From assembly GCA_020637365.1 (NCBI GenBank), contig JACJWE010000002.1:592776-656775 (forward strand): a stretch of 64,000 nucleotides of DNA, read 5' to 3'. The notes beneath the pieces were generated by a model. It did no database searches, was not told the origin of the DNA, and was given only the letters and a program-made list of their open reading frames with translations. A program made the position numbers and the translations under genes. Below, piece by piece: positions 9,858 to 18,256 of the stretch. This DNA comes from Acidimicrobiia bacterium (GTDB lineage: Bacteria > Actinomycetota > Acidimicrobiia > IMCC26256 > JAGNEX01). Position 1 is the first letter of the stretch. Each line of letters begins with the position of its first letter.

Positions 9858-10247
9858 CTAGCGAAGAACCCCGGCACTGGTCGCCGATGACTGTGCTGTC
9901 CCGAGCACATAGCTTCTGACCAGGTGATTCCAATGGCAGTCGAGGCAGACCTCGACCTCGTAACAGGTGAACTCGGCGTAACGCTGAGCAAGCCGTTCGA
10001 GCTCGCCATCGTCGCCGACGACGCGACCATTAATCCGGCGCAGCTCATCGCCATAGACATAGCCCACCGTCCGCATCGCTCGTTCCTCACAGATGGGACA
10101 CGTGCCGTCGCGCGCAATGCCCAGGTACGTCGCGGCGCGGACGAGCTCGGGATGCGCGTCACAGATCGCTTCTCGACCGATCCGATTCTCTCGGTAGTCA
10201 GCGAGAAGCGCGCGGCGAGCGAGCGCATAGTCGACAATCTGGGACAT
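9858..10247 (-). CDS. Conserved actinobacterial small Cys-containing protein (DUF5318-like)
   Basis: 129 aa with paired CPICEE and CLDCHW motifs, suggesting a zinc ribbon. The family assignment is from memory only. Confidence 0.5.
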   Translation of the reverse strand: MSQIVDYALARRALLADYRENRIGREAICDAHPELVRAATYLGIARDGTCPICEERAMRTVGYVYGDELRRINGRVVGDDGELERLAQRYAEFTCYEVEVCLDCHWNHLVRSYVLGTAQSSATSAGVLR

Positions 10248-10260
10248 CGGGTCAGTCTAC

Positions 10261-10309
10261 GTTGCTGGTGTTGAACGTCGGTGTGCGGATCGGCGATCCG
10301 GCGCGCCAG
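10261..10309. repeat. Copy A of a 49-nt imperfect direct repeat
   Basis: GTTGCTGGTGTTGAACGTCGGTGTGCGGATCGGCGATCCGGCGCGCCAG, identical to copy B at 42 of 49 positions. Confidence 0.8.
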
Positions 10310-10423
10310 TCGCAAGGACGAGATTTCGTCACTACCCGTACGTGATGGCGGAATTGAGGACGCCGCGAATGGTGATGCCGGGACGTCGAGACGTGCGCCA
10401 CGCGTTTGACACCAGCCACCTAA

Positions 10424-10472
10424 GTTGCTGGTGTTGATCGTTGTTGTGCGGATCGGAGGTCCGGCGCCTCAG
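10424..10472. repeat. Copy B of the 49-nt imperfect direct repeat
   Basis: GTTGCTGGTGTTGATCGTTGTTGTGCGGATCGGAGGTCCGGCGCCTCAG, ending 44 nt before the methyltransferase start. Confidence 0.8.
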
Positions 10473-10516
10473 CCGGATTCCTCCCCCTGCGACATCGCAC
10501 ATGCGAAACTGGCCGG

Positions 10517-11275
10517 ATGCTGAGACAACCGAGCGACAACAATGCCGAAAGTTGGGATCGCGTAGCCCGCCGATACCAGGACCTGGTCGATCTTCCGCTC
10601 GATGACGTGCATTTTGGCCACGACATTGCCCGCGAATCGTCGCTCCGGATCCTCGGGTCTCTCGACGGTAAGCGCGTCGTCGACCTCGGATGCGGCGGCG
10701 GACAAAACGTCATTGCGTTCAACCGCATGAGGGCCCACGCCATTGGTATCGACTATTCGGCTATCCAGCTCGAACTCGCCGCCAAGCTCGCAGCGGAGCA
10801 AGAGATGCGATGCGAGTTTCGACTCGGGGATGTCGCCGATCTGGCGTTCCTGCCCAAAGACTCCGTTGACTTGGTCTTTTCAGCGGGGACATTCACCTAC
10901 GTCGAAGACCTGCCCAGAGTGTTTCGGCAGGTCCACCGCGTCCTCGCACCCCGCGCGTCGTTCGTCTTCGCCTACGACCACCCCGTGGTCTTCGTCCACG
11001 AAACCGAACACGGGCCGTTCCCTGCAGATCCTCTGTCGCCGGTGGAACCTTCCCAGGAGGGCGCGGCTCGGCGCAGTTACTTCGATGACACGCCCATGGT
11101 GGTCCAATGGATGGATACGCCGTTCACGATTTATCGGCGCACCAACGCCGATGTTTTCAACTCGCTGATCAGGACCGGATTTCAAGTCGACGTCCTATTG
11201 GAACCAGAACCGGCTGTCCAGCATCCCATCGAGCCTTCGACGATCATCTGGCGCGCTCGCAAAGCGGGTGCTTGA
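10517..11275 (+). CDS. Class I SAM-dependent methyltransferase
   Basis: Motif I VVDLGCGGGQN followed by the post-I acidic residue (IDYS). Confidence 0.8.
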   Translation: MLRQPSDNNAESWDRVARRYQDLVDLPLDDVHFGHDIARESSLRILGSLDGKRVVDLGCGGGQNVIAFNRMRAHAIGIDYSAIQLELAAKLAAEQEMRCEFRLGDVADLAFLPKDSVDLVFSAGTFTYVEDLPRVFRQVHRVLAPRASFVFAYDHPVVFVHETEHGPFPADPLSPVEPSQEGAARRSYFDDTPMVVQWMDTPFTIYRRTNADVFNSLIRTGFQVDVLLEPEPAVQHPIEPSTIIWRARKAGA

Positions 11276-11380
11276 GCACAAGGGTCGCCGACCGACGCGG
11301 TCCCGCGAAGGACCCACTCCCGGATCGACGGACACGTGATCGACGGACAGGTGGCGTTGCCGCAGAGCGGCTGAAACGAA

Positions 11381-12952
11381 TCATTCCCGACCGGCTTCAG
11401 CGCCTCCGCTATCTGAGTGGGTGGTGCTGGCATGTGCATCGCCGGCGTGATCCTCCAAGGTGTCATCCACGGCGGCTTGCGTTTTTTGGCGTTGCCGAGC
11501 AGCAGCTTTTGCTCCGCGCACGGCTTCATCGTCGGGTATGCGGCCTCCGGCGGCCACCACGTCGACCTTGGTCGCCCAATCGAGGAGGCGATCATAGGCT
11601 TCAGCGATCGTCATTGGGCCCTCATCGAGACGCAGATCGAGCAGATGCGTCAGTGCCTGACCCACCAAAGGACCTGGAGGCAATGCCAACAGTTCCATCA
11701 CCTCGACCCCGTCGAGCGGTGGCTTAATAGCAGCGAGGGCTTCGGCTTTTTCTAGTTCGGTGATTCGCTCTTCGAGTTCATCCATTCGACGGGCGAGTTT
11801 GAGCGCCTTGGCCTTGTTCCGAGTCGTGCAATCAGACCTCACCAGATCGTTGAGATCTTCGAGCAGAGGACCGGCGTCGCGCACGTAACGACGGACAGCG
11901 CGGTCGCTCCAACCCATCTTGTAGGTGTGGAAGCGAAGGTGGAGACGAACCAAGCGGACCACCTCTTTGGTGAGTTCGCTCGGAAAGCGCAACGCCTTCA
12001 TACGTTCCCGAGTCATCCGGCCACCAACGACGTCGTGGAAGTGGAACGTCACGCCTTCATCGGTAAATGAACGGGTCTGAGGTTTCGCGATGTCGTGGAA
12101 CAGCGCGGCCAGGCGTACCCGCAACCGCGGCGGCGTCTTACCGACGACCGCGATGGTGTGCGCCAACACATCCTTATGCCGGTGGATTGGATCCTGTTCG
12201 AGACGCATGGCGTTGAGTTCGGGCAGAAACTCATCGGAAAGCCCCGTGTCGCAGAGAAACCACAGGCCCTGTTCAACGCCGGGTGCGACGATCAATTTCG
12301 CAAGTTCGATCTGGATACGCTCAGCGGAGACGATGTCCATGCGGTGTCGTTGTTCCTCGACGGAACGGATCAGCTCATCATCGGGGGTCAGCCCGAGCTG
12401 CGCGATGAAACGGGCCGCCCGCAACATGCGCAACGGATCGTCAGTAAAAGAAATATCGGCCGAAAGCGGTGTTCGAAGTCGCCCCGCGACCAGATCGTCG
12501 ATGCCTCCGTGGGGGTCGATCAACTCGAGTTGACCCAAACGAAGCGCCATCGAGTTGACCGTGAAATCGCGGCGAGAGAGGTCGGTATAGATGTCGTCTG
12601 AGAAAGTGACCTCGGGCTTGCGCGAATCGGCGTGATAGAGCTCGTCGCGGAAGGTGGTGATCTCGACGTGGAGGTCACCACGACGACCACCGATCGTCCC
12701 AAATCGCTGCCCCTGGGTCCAGATCGTGTCCGCCCACGGCCGCACCAGTTCAAGGATTTCGTCCGGTCTCGCGTCCGTCGTCAGGTCCACGTCGGTCGAT
12801 GGCCGATTCAACACCGCGTCTCGGACCGAGCCACCCACAAGGTAGAGCTCCCGCTCGACGGCGTCGAACCTCTCGGCGAGTGCCGCCAGATCGCTTTCTG
12901 GTGCGAGCATCGGTCGCAGGCGTTCCGGGATAGGGAATGGAGCGGTCGTCAT
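11381..12952 (-). CDS. cca: CCA-adding tRNA nucleotidyltransferase / poly(A) polymerase family with HD domain
   Basis: GGSVRD nucleotidyltransferase motif, RRDFTVN, and HD motif HRHKDVLAHT. Its position matches mycobacterial pcnA/cca. Confidence 0.85.
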   Translation of the reverse strand: MTTAPFPIPERLRPMLAPESDLAALAERFDAVERELYLVGGSVRDAVLNRPSTDVDLTTDARPDEILELVRPWADTIWTQGQRFGTIGGRRGDLHVEITTFRDELYHADSRKPEVTFSDDIYTDLSRRDFTVNSMALRLGQLELIDPHGGIDDLVAGRLRTPLSADISFTDDPLRMLRAARFIAQLGLTPDDELIRSVEEQRHRMDIVSAERIQIELAKLIVAPGVEQGLWFLCDTGLSDEFLPELNAMRLEQDPIHRHKDVLAHTIAVVGKTPPRLRVRLAALFHDIAKPQTRSFTDEGVTFHFHDVVGGRMTRERMKALRFPSELTKEVVRLVRLHLRFHTYKMGWSDRAVRRYVRDAGPLLEDLNDLVRSDCTTRNKAKALKLARRMDELEERITELEKAEALAAIKPPLDGVEVMELLALPPGPLVGQALTHLLDLRLDEGPMTIAEAYDRLLDWATKVDVVAAGGRIPDDEAVRGAKAAARQRQKTQAAVDDTLEDHAGDAHASTTHSDSGGAEAGRE

Positions 12953-13097
12953 GGGGGCCAGAGCCTAGTGTCCGGTCGTGTTGGAACCCTGAGGAGATGG
13001 CGAGCGTTCGTGGTGCTTTTGACTCCGCGCACGGTTAGGCTGTGGCCGCAGCACGGTAGGGGAAGGTTTTGACGTTTCATCTCCTGGTTGTGGGTTC

Positions 13098-13619
13098 ATG
13101 ACGGTCTCCGCATCGTTCCTTTCGGCACGAGGACTGCCCAGCGCGGCCGCGGACGGTCTGCGACGGTTCGTCATCACGCTGCTTCTGACCTGTGTCGGGT
13201 TAGGTCTGCTCCCTGCTCAGCGCGCCGCAGCTGACGCCATCGATGGGCTCGGACGCTGCGAAGATGCCGAACGCCCCGGCCTCCTCGAAGACATCGATAC
13301 GCCGCAGGTCGCGCTGAGAACCCAAAGCGCCTATACCCTGCTCGGCGGGGGCATCGCGCTCGACGTGCAGATTCGCGGCGCTTCGGCGGCTTCCCAGATC
13401 AGGGTGGAGGCCTTTCCGGCGGTGCGTACAGTCGAAACACTGACGGGTTTCACCGATGGAAAACCCCTGCGCAGCGACGCTTTTGGATACATCAATACCG
13501 TGTCTCAGACCTGCCTATCTCCGAGGATGGACTCGCGCAGATCATCAACATCCCGCTTGGATATGACGGACCTACCTCAGCCCCCGTCGTCGATCCGGGG
13601 AACTATCCGCTCCAGGTAA
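13098..13619 (+). CDS. N-terminal fragment of a secreted envelope protein (positional equivalent of mycobacterial Rv3909, DUF6049-like), frame-disrupted
   Basis: It has a signal or TM segment. The protein-like sequence ends near 13500, and the remainder reads as out-of-frame R/S-rich text. Confidence 0.55.
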   Translation: MTVSASFLSARGLPSAAADGLRRFVITLLLTCVGLGLLPAQRAAADAIDGLGRCEDAERPGLLEDIDTPQVALRTQSAYTLLGGGIALDVQIRGASAASQIRVEAFPAVRTVETLTGFTDGKPLRSDAFGYINTVSQTCLSPRMDSRRSSTSRLDMTDLPQPPSSIRGTIRSR

Positions 13620-13666
13620 CACTGCTCGACGGCGCCGGGTCCACCAAGGACTCCTTCACGACCCTG

Positions 13667-15919
13667 ATGGTCGTCGCGGAAGACCGCCAAGCAGCTGCGA
13701 CGGTTGCGCCTATCGTGACCATCGAATCAGAGCCCGGCCTGTTGCCCAATGGCGATCTCAATTCGGTATTCATCGAAGATTTCGAGGGTAACGGTCGTCT
13801 CAACGACCTCCTTTCTTCACTGATGACGTATCCAAATGTTGGCGTCACCTTGATGCCGAACCCGGAAACCGTCGACTCAATCAACCGTTCGAGCACCAAA
13901 AGTTTCGCCGAAGGTCAAGCGGCACTGCCGTTGAGCCTCGGCGCGATGAGAAGCCTCGCAACACGTCCGCAGATCGAAGTGATTCCCACCTCATTTGCAC
14001 CGATCGACCTTGCGGGTGTGGTCCACGAGGCGCGCGCCCATGCCGAACTTCAGCTCGATATGGGATACGCGACGGTCACCAACGCATGGGCTAAGAGCCC
14101 AAACGGCACCACCTACATGGTCGACTACGTGACACCGGAACTGATCAGCTTTCTCGCTGCTCGCGGCGTGAATCGGATCATCTCGACACCCGATGATTGG
14201 GTCCTCCCTGGTGACGACCGGGCCGTCCCCGAACCCGGAATCGCCGCCATCTCGCCAGACGCAGTGGCCTCAGATCAGGTTGTCGACCAGACCGCAGACG
14301 CGGCCGAGGATGCTTCGGACACCGCGGCACAGGCCGACGTCCCCGAGGTGAAGGCCGTCATTCTCGACCCGGTGCCCAACCAGCTGTTGAGTGCATGCAC
14401 CTCCGACTCGGCTCGAGTCCAGGCGCTCATGGGGTATTTCAATCTTCGGCGAGACTCGGCCAAGCCGATCGCCTTCGCGACGCCGCCACGATGGGAGGCC
14501 AGCAAGGGTCTGATCAGCGAGCTTCTCGCAGCGATGGATGTGGCCCCATTCGTCAACGCGGTCACCGTCGCGACGGCGTCGCAACGAGAACCCGTGCAAA
14601 CCGTGGAACCCGCTACCGACGAAGCGCTCGGTGTGCCGATGGGGCGTGCCGCCGCGTCAGAAGCGTCACTCACGATTGCGTCACTCTACGATGCCCTGCC
14701 CGACGACCAGGCCCGGGCCTTGATGACGCGCAACTTGTTGATCGCGGAGTCCCGACGGTGGGAAGACGCCGATGGTGGGACGATGCAAACGGCGTACTAC
14801 TGGGGTGCGACCGCACCGCGTCAAGAGTTCACCGCTGCAATCCGTGCCCCCGAGAATCAGGACATTCGGTTGACCTCTCAGGAGGCCACGATTCCGATCT
14901 CGATTCGCAACGACTTCAATGTGCCGGTCTTTGTACGAATTACCCTGGAGTCTCCGCGGATCGAGGTTCTCGACCAGGGCCAGGACTTGGTGGAACTATC
15001 GCCAGGTCTCAACGTCCGAAATTTCCGAGTCACCGCCCGCGGTTCGGGAAACGCTCCCTTGCAGGTATTGATCACCTCCCCCGATGGTCGCATCGTGTTC
15101 GCGGACTCAAACATCACGATCCGTTCGACGGTGATGAGCGGCGTCGCATGGATGATCACCGTGGTCGCGCTGGCGTTTCTCGTCGTGTGGTGGCTCCGCT
15201 CGGTGCTACTTCGGCGAAATGCCCAAGCCCCCCTAGACCAGGACGTGACGCACCAGAGCCACGAACTGGATCTGCTCGACGAGTCCGTATTTGACGAGTC
15301 CGTCATCGACCGATACGAGGATCCCTACAACCCTTATGAGGATCCCTACGACGACGCATTCGCAGACACCCCCGATGTGTGGGTGACCGGCGAGCTCGAC
15401 CCGGCACTGATGCCGATTGGAGCTGCTGATCGCGACGACAGCTCAGAGGATGGAGCACCCGACGAAGGTTCATGGACGGCCGACCCCGATGACCGCTATC
15501 CCACGCCAAGGAACACCGCGGACACGTCGTGGCGGTCTGAGGACCCCGCGCTGACCCGGGCACAGCGGCGGCGCCGACCTGATGCTGCTAGCCCACCTGC
15601 AGCCCGCGACGCCGGTGCCACCGAATCCGTCGACCGGGCGGAGAGTGAAGCCGACTCCGAACCTCAGATACCTCCCGCGACACCTGGAATTTCATCAACC
15701 CGTCGCAAGCGAGCCGACCGGTCAGCACCCCCGGTGAGGAAGGCCGGTTCGAGGCGCGGCGCGGACAACTCGGCACCCTTGTCTCGCGAAGGCGTGCAAC
15801 GTGAAGGATCGGGATATTCATCCGATCGCAAGGGGCGGCGCCACCGGCCCTATCACAGCGATAGGGCTCAAAGCGCACCTCGACCACCCGTCCAACCGCC
15901 GAAGCAGGGCGATAAGTGA
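13667..15919 (+). CDS. Main part of the same DUF6049-like envelope protein, with a C-terminal TM and a long disordered tail
   Basis: This frame is already open from 13445 and reads protein-like from about 13502 (VSDLPISEDGLAQIINIPLGYDG...). The TM is VAWMITVVALAFLVVWWL, followed by about 240 aa of acidic then basic low-complexity sequence. Confidence 0.6.
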   Translation: MVVAEDRQAAATVAPIVTIESEPGLLPNGDLNSVFIEDFEGNGRLNDLLSSLMTYPNVGVTLMPNPETVDSINRSSTKSFAEGQAALPLSLGAMRSLATRPQIEVIPTSFAPIDLAGVVHEARAHAELQLDMGYATVTNAWAKSPNGTTYMVDYVTPELISFLAARGVNRIISTPDDWVLPGDDRAVPEPGIAAISPDAVASDQVVDQTADAAEDASDTAAQADVPEVKAVILDPVPNQLLSACTSDSARVQALMGYFNLRRDSAKPIAFATPPRWEASKGLISELLAAMDVAPFVNAVTVATASQREPVQTVEPATDEALGVPMGRAAASEASLTIASLYDALPDDQARALMTRNLLIAESRRWEDADGGTMQTAYYWGATAPRQEFTAAIRAPENQDIRLTSQEATIPISIRNDFNVPVFVRITLESPRIEVLDQGQDLVELSPGLNVRNFRVTARGSGNAPLQVLITSPDGRIVFADSNITIRSTVMSGVAWMITVVALAFLVVWWLRSVLLRRNAQAPLDQDVTHQSHELDLLDESVFDESVIDRYEDPYNPYEDPYDDAFADTPDVWVTGELDPALMPIGAADRDDSSEDGAPDEGSWTADPDDRYPTPRNTADTSWRSEDPALTRAQRRRRPDAASPPAARDAGATESVDRAESEADSEPQIPPATPGISSTRRKRADRSAPPVRKAGSRRGADNSAPLSREGVQREGSGYSSDRKGRRHRPYHSDRAQSAPRPPVQPPKQGDK

Positions 15920-16023
15920 TCCCTCGCTAGCGATTCGCCGACCGGTCACACCCGACCTCCTGAGTAACATTGCCGACTGCAGAGGGCCGGCCTCCCCCTG
16001 TATCCGCCTCCGTCGATTGGGCC

Positions 16024-17649
16024 ATGGGAAACATCGTGGTACGACGCTCGAACGTCGACAGAGTGCTGGACAACAGGTATCAGCTCCAGCGTCAGGTCGC
16101 ACACGGCGGTATGGCCACCGTGTGGGAAGCGCACGACAACCTGCTCAGTCGACGGGTCGCGGTCAAGACACTTCACCCACATCTGGCAGCTGACGATTCG
16201 TTCAAAGAGCGTTTCCATGCCGAGGCCGTCGCCGCGGCCCGGCTCTCCCATCCCAACATCGTCGCAACGTACGACACGGGCGAAGACGATGGGATGGCCT
16301 ACATCGTGATGGAGTTCGTCGACGGCAAAACACTGCGCGAAATTCTCGATGAACGCCCACAACTCGCCGTTCCCGATGCGCTGCGGATCGGTTCGGCTAT
16401 TGCGATGGCTCTGGCGCATGCCCACGACCAGGGTTTGGTCCACCGGGACATCAAACCCGCCAACGTTCTGATCGCCCGCGATGGTCTGGTCAAGGTGACC
16501 GACTTCGGCATCGCAAAAGCGAGCGAAGATAAAGACCTCACGCGCACCGGCACCATCATGGGCACAGCAAAGTACCTCGCCCCCGAACAGGTTCAGGGCC
16601 TGCCCCTGGACGGCCGAGCCGATGTCTACGCGCTCGGCGTCGTGTTGTACGAGTCGCTCACCGGCCAGGCACCCTTCGTCGCCGAGAACGACATGGCGAC
16701 AGCGATCCTGCACGTCAACGGCGAACTGGTACCGCCGAGCCAACTCCGGCCCGATCTGCCGCCCGATGTCGAAGCGCTCGTGCTGCAGTGTCTGGCCAGA
16801 GATCCTGACGACCGTTTTCGGTCCGCTCGTGCTGTCGCTCGCGCCATGCAGGCCGCTCGACTCACCGGGAATTCAGCGGCCGCTACCGCCCCCGCATCCA
16901 GCGCGGGCTCTGGCGGGGCGCCTAGTGCGGCGCGCACGGACCAACCTCGGCCGGCCTCGCGCCCTGCCGCTCCGCCAGTCGAACCAGGTAATTCGACGAG
17001 GGTCGCCCAGCGGCCGATGCCCTCGCAACGACCCGGGGCTGAAGCACCCGGTCGCCGGTCCAGCGCGCGGCAACCGACCAAGAAGCGATCGGGCGTCACC
17101 GCGGGAACGGTCTTTTTGCTCATCATGTTGTTGGTCGTGGGGGGTGCCGCCGTGTATTTGATCGGCCAGCTTGGCTCACAAGACTCAACCGTCGAGGTGC
17201 CCATCGCGAACGCACTCCCCTTTGACCCCAATGGGGATGGGGACGAAAACGGTGGCATGTTGTTGCAGCTCCGAGACGGAGACACCCAGACCATGTGGCA
17301 AAGCGAGGGGTATGGGGCCGACAATCTGGCCGATCGAAAAGGCGGAACCGGTTTCATCCTGACCGTCGCCGAACCCGTCGAGCTCGCGTCACTCACCCTC
17401 GTCACCCCCGCGAACTTTGGCTCGTACAGCGCGAGTATCTACGTGAGCGACGCCCCACAAAACACCGTCGAGGCCTGGGGGCAACCGGTCGCGGCGCGCG
17501 AGAACCCCGGAACGAATGCCAAGTTTGGTTTGGACGGAACGACGGGTGCCGCGGTGCTGGTTTGGTTTACCGACCTGCCAGACGTCGAAGACACCGGCGG
17601 TCGCTTCCGCATCAAGATCAGCGAGGCCGAGCTCCGTGCAGACCGATGA
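16024..17649 (+). CDS. Hanks-type Ser/Thr protein kinase with one TM and an extracellular C-terminal domain
   Basis: VAVK lysine, catalytic loop HRDIKPANVL, DFG, and APE. The TM is VFLLIMLLVVGGAAVYLI. The ORF opens at TTG 15970; ATG 16024 is the likelier start. Confidence 0.9.
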   Translation: MGNIVVRRSNVDRVLDNRYQLQRQVAHGGMATVWEAHDNLLSRRVAVKTLHPHLAADDSFKERFHAEAVAAARLSHPNIVATYDTGEDDGMAYIVMEFVDGKTLREILDERPQLAVPDALRIGSAIAMALAHAHDQGLVHRDIKPANVLIARDGLVKVTDFGIAKASEDKDLTRTGTIMGTAKYLAPEQVQGLPLDGRADVYALGVVLYESLTGQAPFVAENDMATAILHVNGELVPPSQLRPDLPPDVEALVLQCLARDPDDRFRSARAVARAMQAARLTGNSAAATAPASSAGSGGAPSAARTDQPRPASRPAAPPVEPGNSTRVAQRPMPSQRPGAEAPGRRSSARQPTKKRSGVTAGTVFLLIMLLVVGGAAVYLIGQLGSQDSTVEVPIANALPFDPNGDGDENGGMLLQLRDGDTQTMWQSEGYGADNLADRKGGTGFILTVAEPVELASLTLVTPANFGSYSASIYVSDAPQNTVEAWGQPVAARENPGTNAKFGLDGTTGAAVLVWFTDLPDVEDTGGRFRIKISEAELRADR

Positions 17650-18256
17650 GGTCCTAGTTTCTCGAGCTCAACGCGGTGATCGTGCCGCAATGAGCGAACT
17701 GCTCGACCACCACGCCGACTCGATCTATCGCCTAGCTCTACGGATCACGGGCAACAAAGCTGACGCCGAAGACGCCGCTCAAGAAGCGATGATCAACGTG
17801 GTTCGTCGCATCAACTCCTTCGACGGGCGCTCGAAGTTCTCCACATGGGTGTACCGAGTCGCCACGAACGCAGCCCTGGATGAGACCCGGCGGCGATCGC
17901 GCCGGCCGACGCCGACCGATCTCGAATCGACCGCACGCCGCGTACGCGACGGCGAACCTGGTAAGGCGGTAGACAGCGTCGGCCACACGCCGGGTCCCGC
18001 AGAGATAGCGGCCAGCAACGACCGGATCGACCACATTTTGAGCGGGCTCAGCCCCGAGCACCGCGCCGTACTCATCCTGCGAGAGGTCGGCGATATGACC
18101 TATGACGACATCGCCGAGACGCTAGGCATCTCACCGGGTACGGTTCGCTCGCGACTCGCTCGGGCACGTCGATCGGCGGCACGGAAATTGTCGGAACTCG
18201 ACGGGCGACCAGCATCGTCTAACGGTTCGAGCGACGATCCACAGGTGACGCGATGA
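17636..18256 (+). CDS. ECF-type RNA polymerase sigma factor (SigM position)
   Basis: Region 2 is DAEDAAQEAMINVVRR...FSTWVYRVATNAALDETRRR and region 4 is MTYDDIAETLGISPGTVRSRLARAR. The GTG 17636 start overlaps the kinase stop by 14 nt. Confidence 0.85.
   Translation: MQTDEVLVSRAQRGDRAAMSELLDHHADSIYRLALRITGNKADAEDAAQEAMINVVRRINSFDGRSKFSTWVYRVATNAALDETRRRSRRPTPTDLESTARRVRDGEPGKAVDSVGHTPGPAEIAASNDRIDHILSGLSPEHRAVLILREVGDMTYDDIAETLGISPGTVRSRLARARRSAARKLSELDGRPASSNGSSDDPQVTR

Noticed and set aside
10325-10495. 57-codon minus-strand ORF spanning repeat copy B in the 10248-10516 spacer
   Set aside because: It has no RBS and no recognisable family, and the paralogous copy A is not in an equivalent ORF. 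The repeat is more likely to be non-coding.
15946-17405. Long minus-strand ORFs (265 aa and 259 aa) antisense to the Ser/Thr kinase. Similar shadow ORFs lie opposite acs (54294-55649), dnaN (31061-31741), the helicase (50916-51683), the ABC permease (42089-42970) and the WS/DGAT tail (45316-45975).
   Set aside because: These are typical high-GC shadow ORFs. Their translations are R/G/P-rich and motif-free, and the opposite strand carries unambiguous conserved genes.
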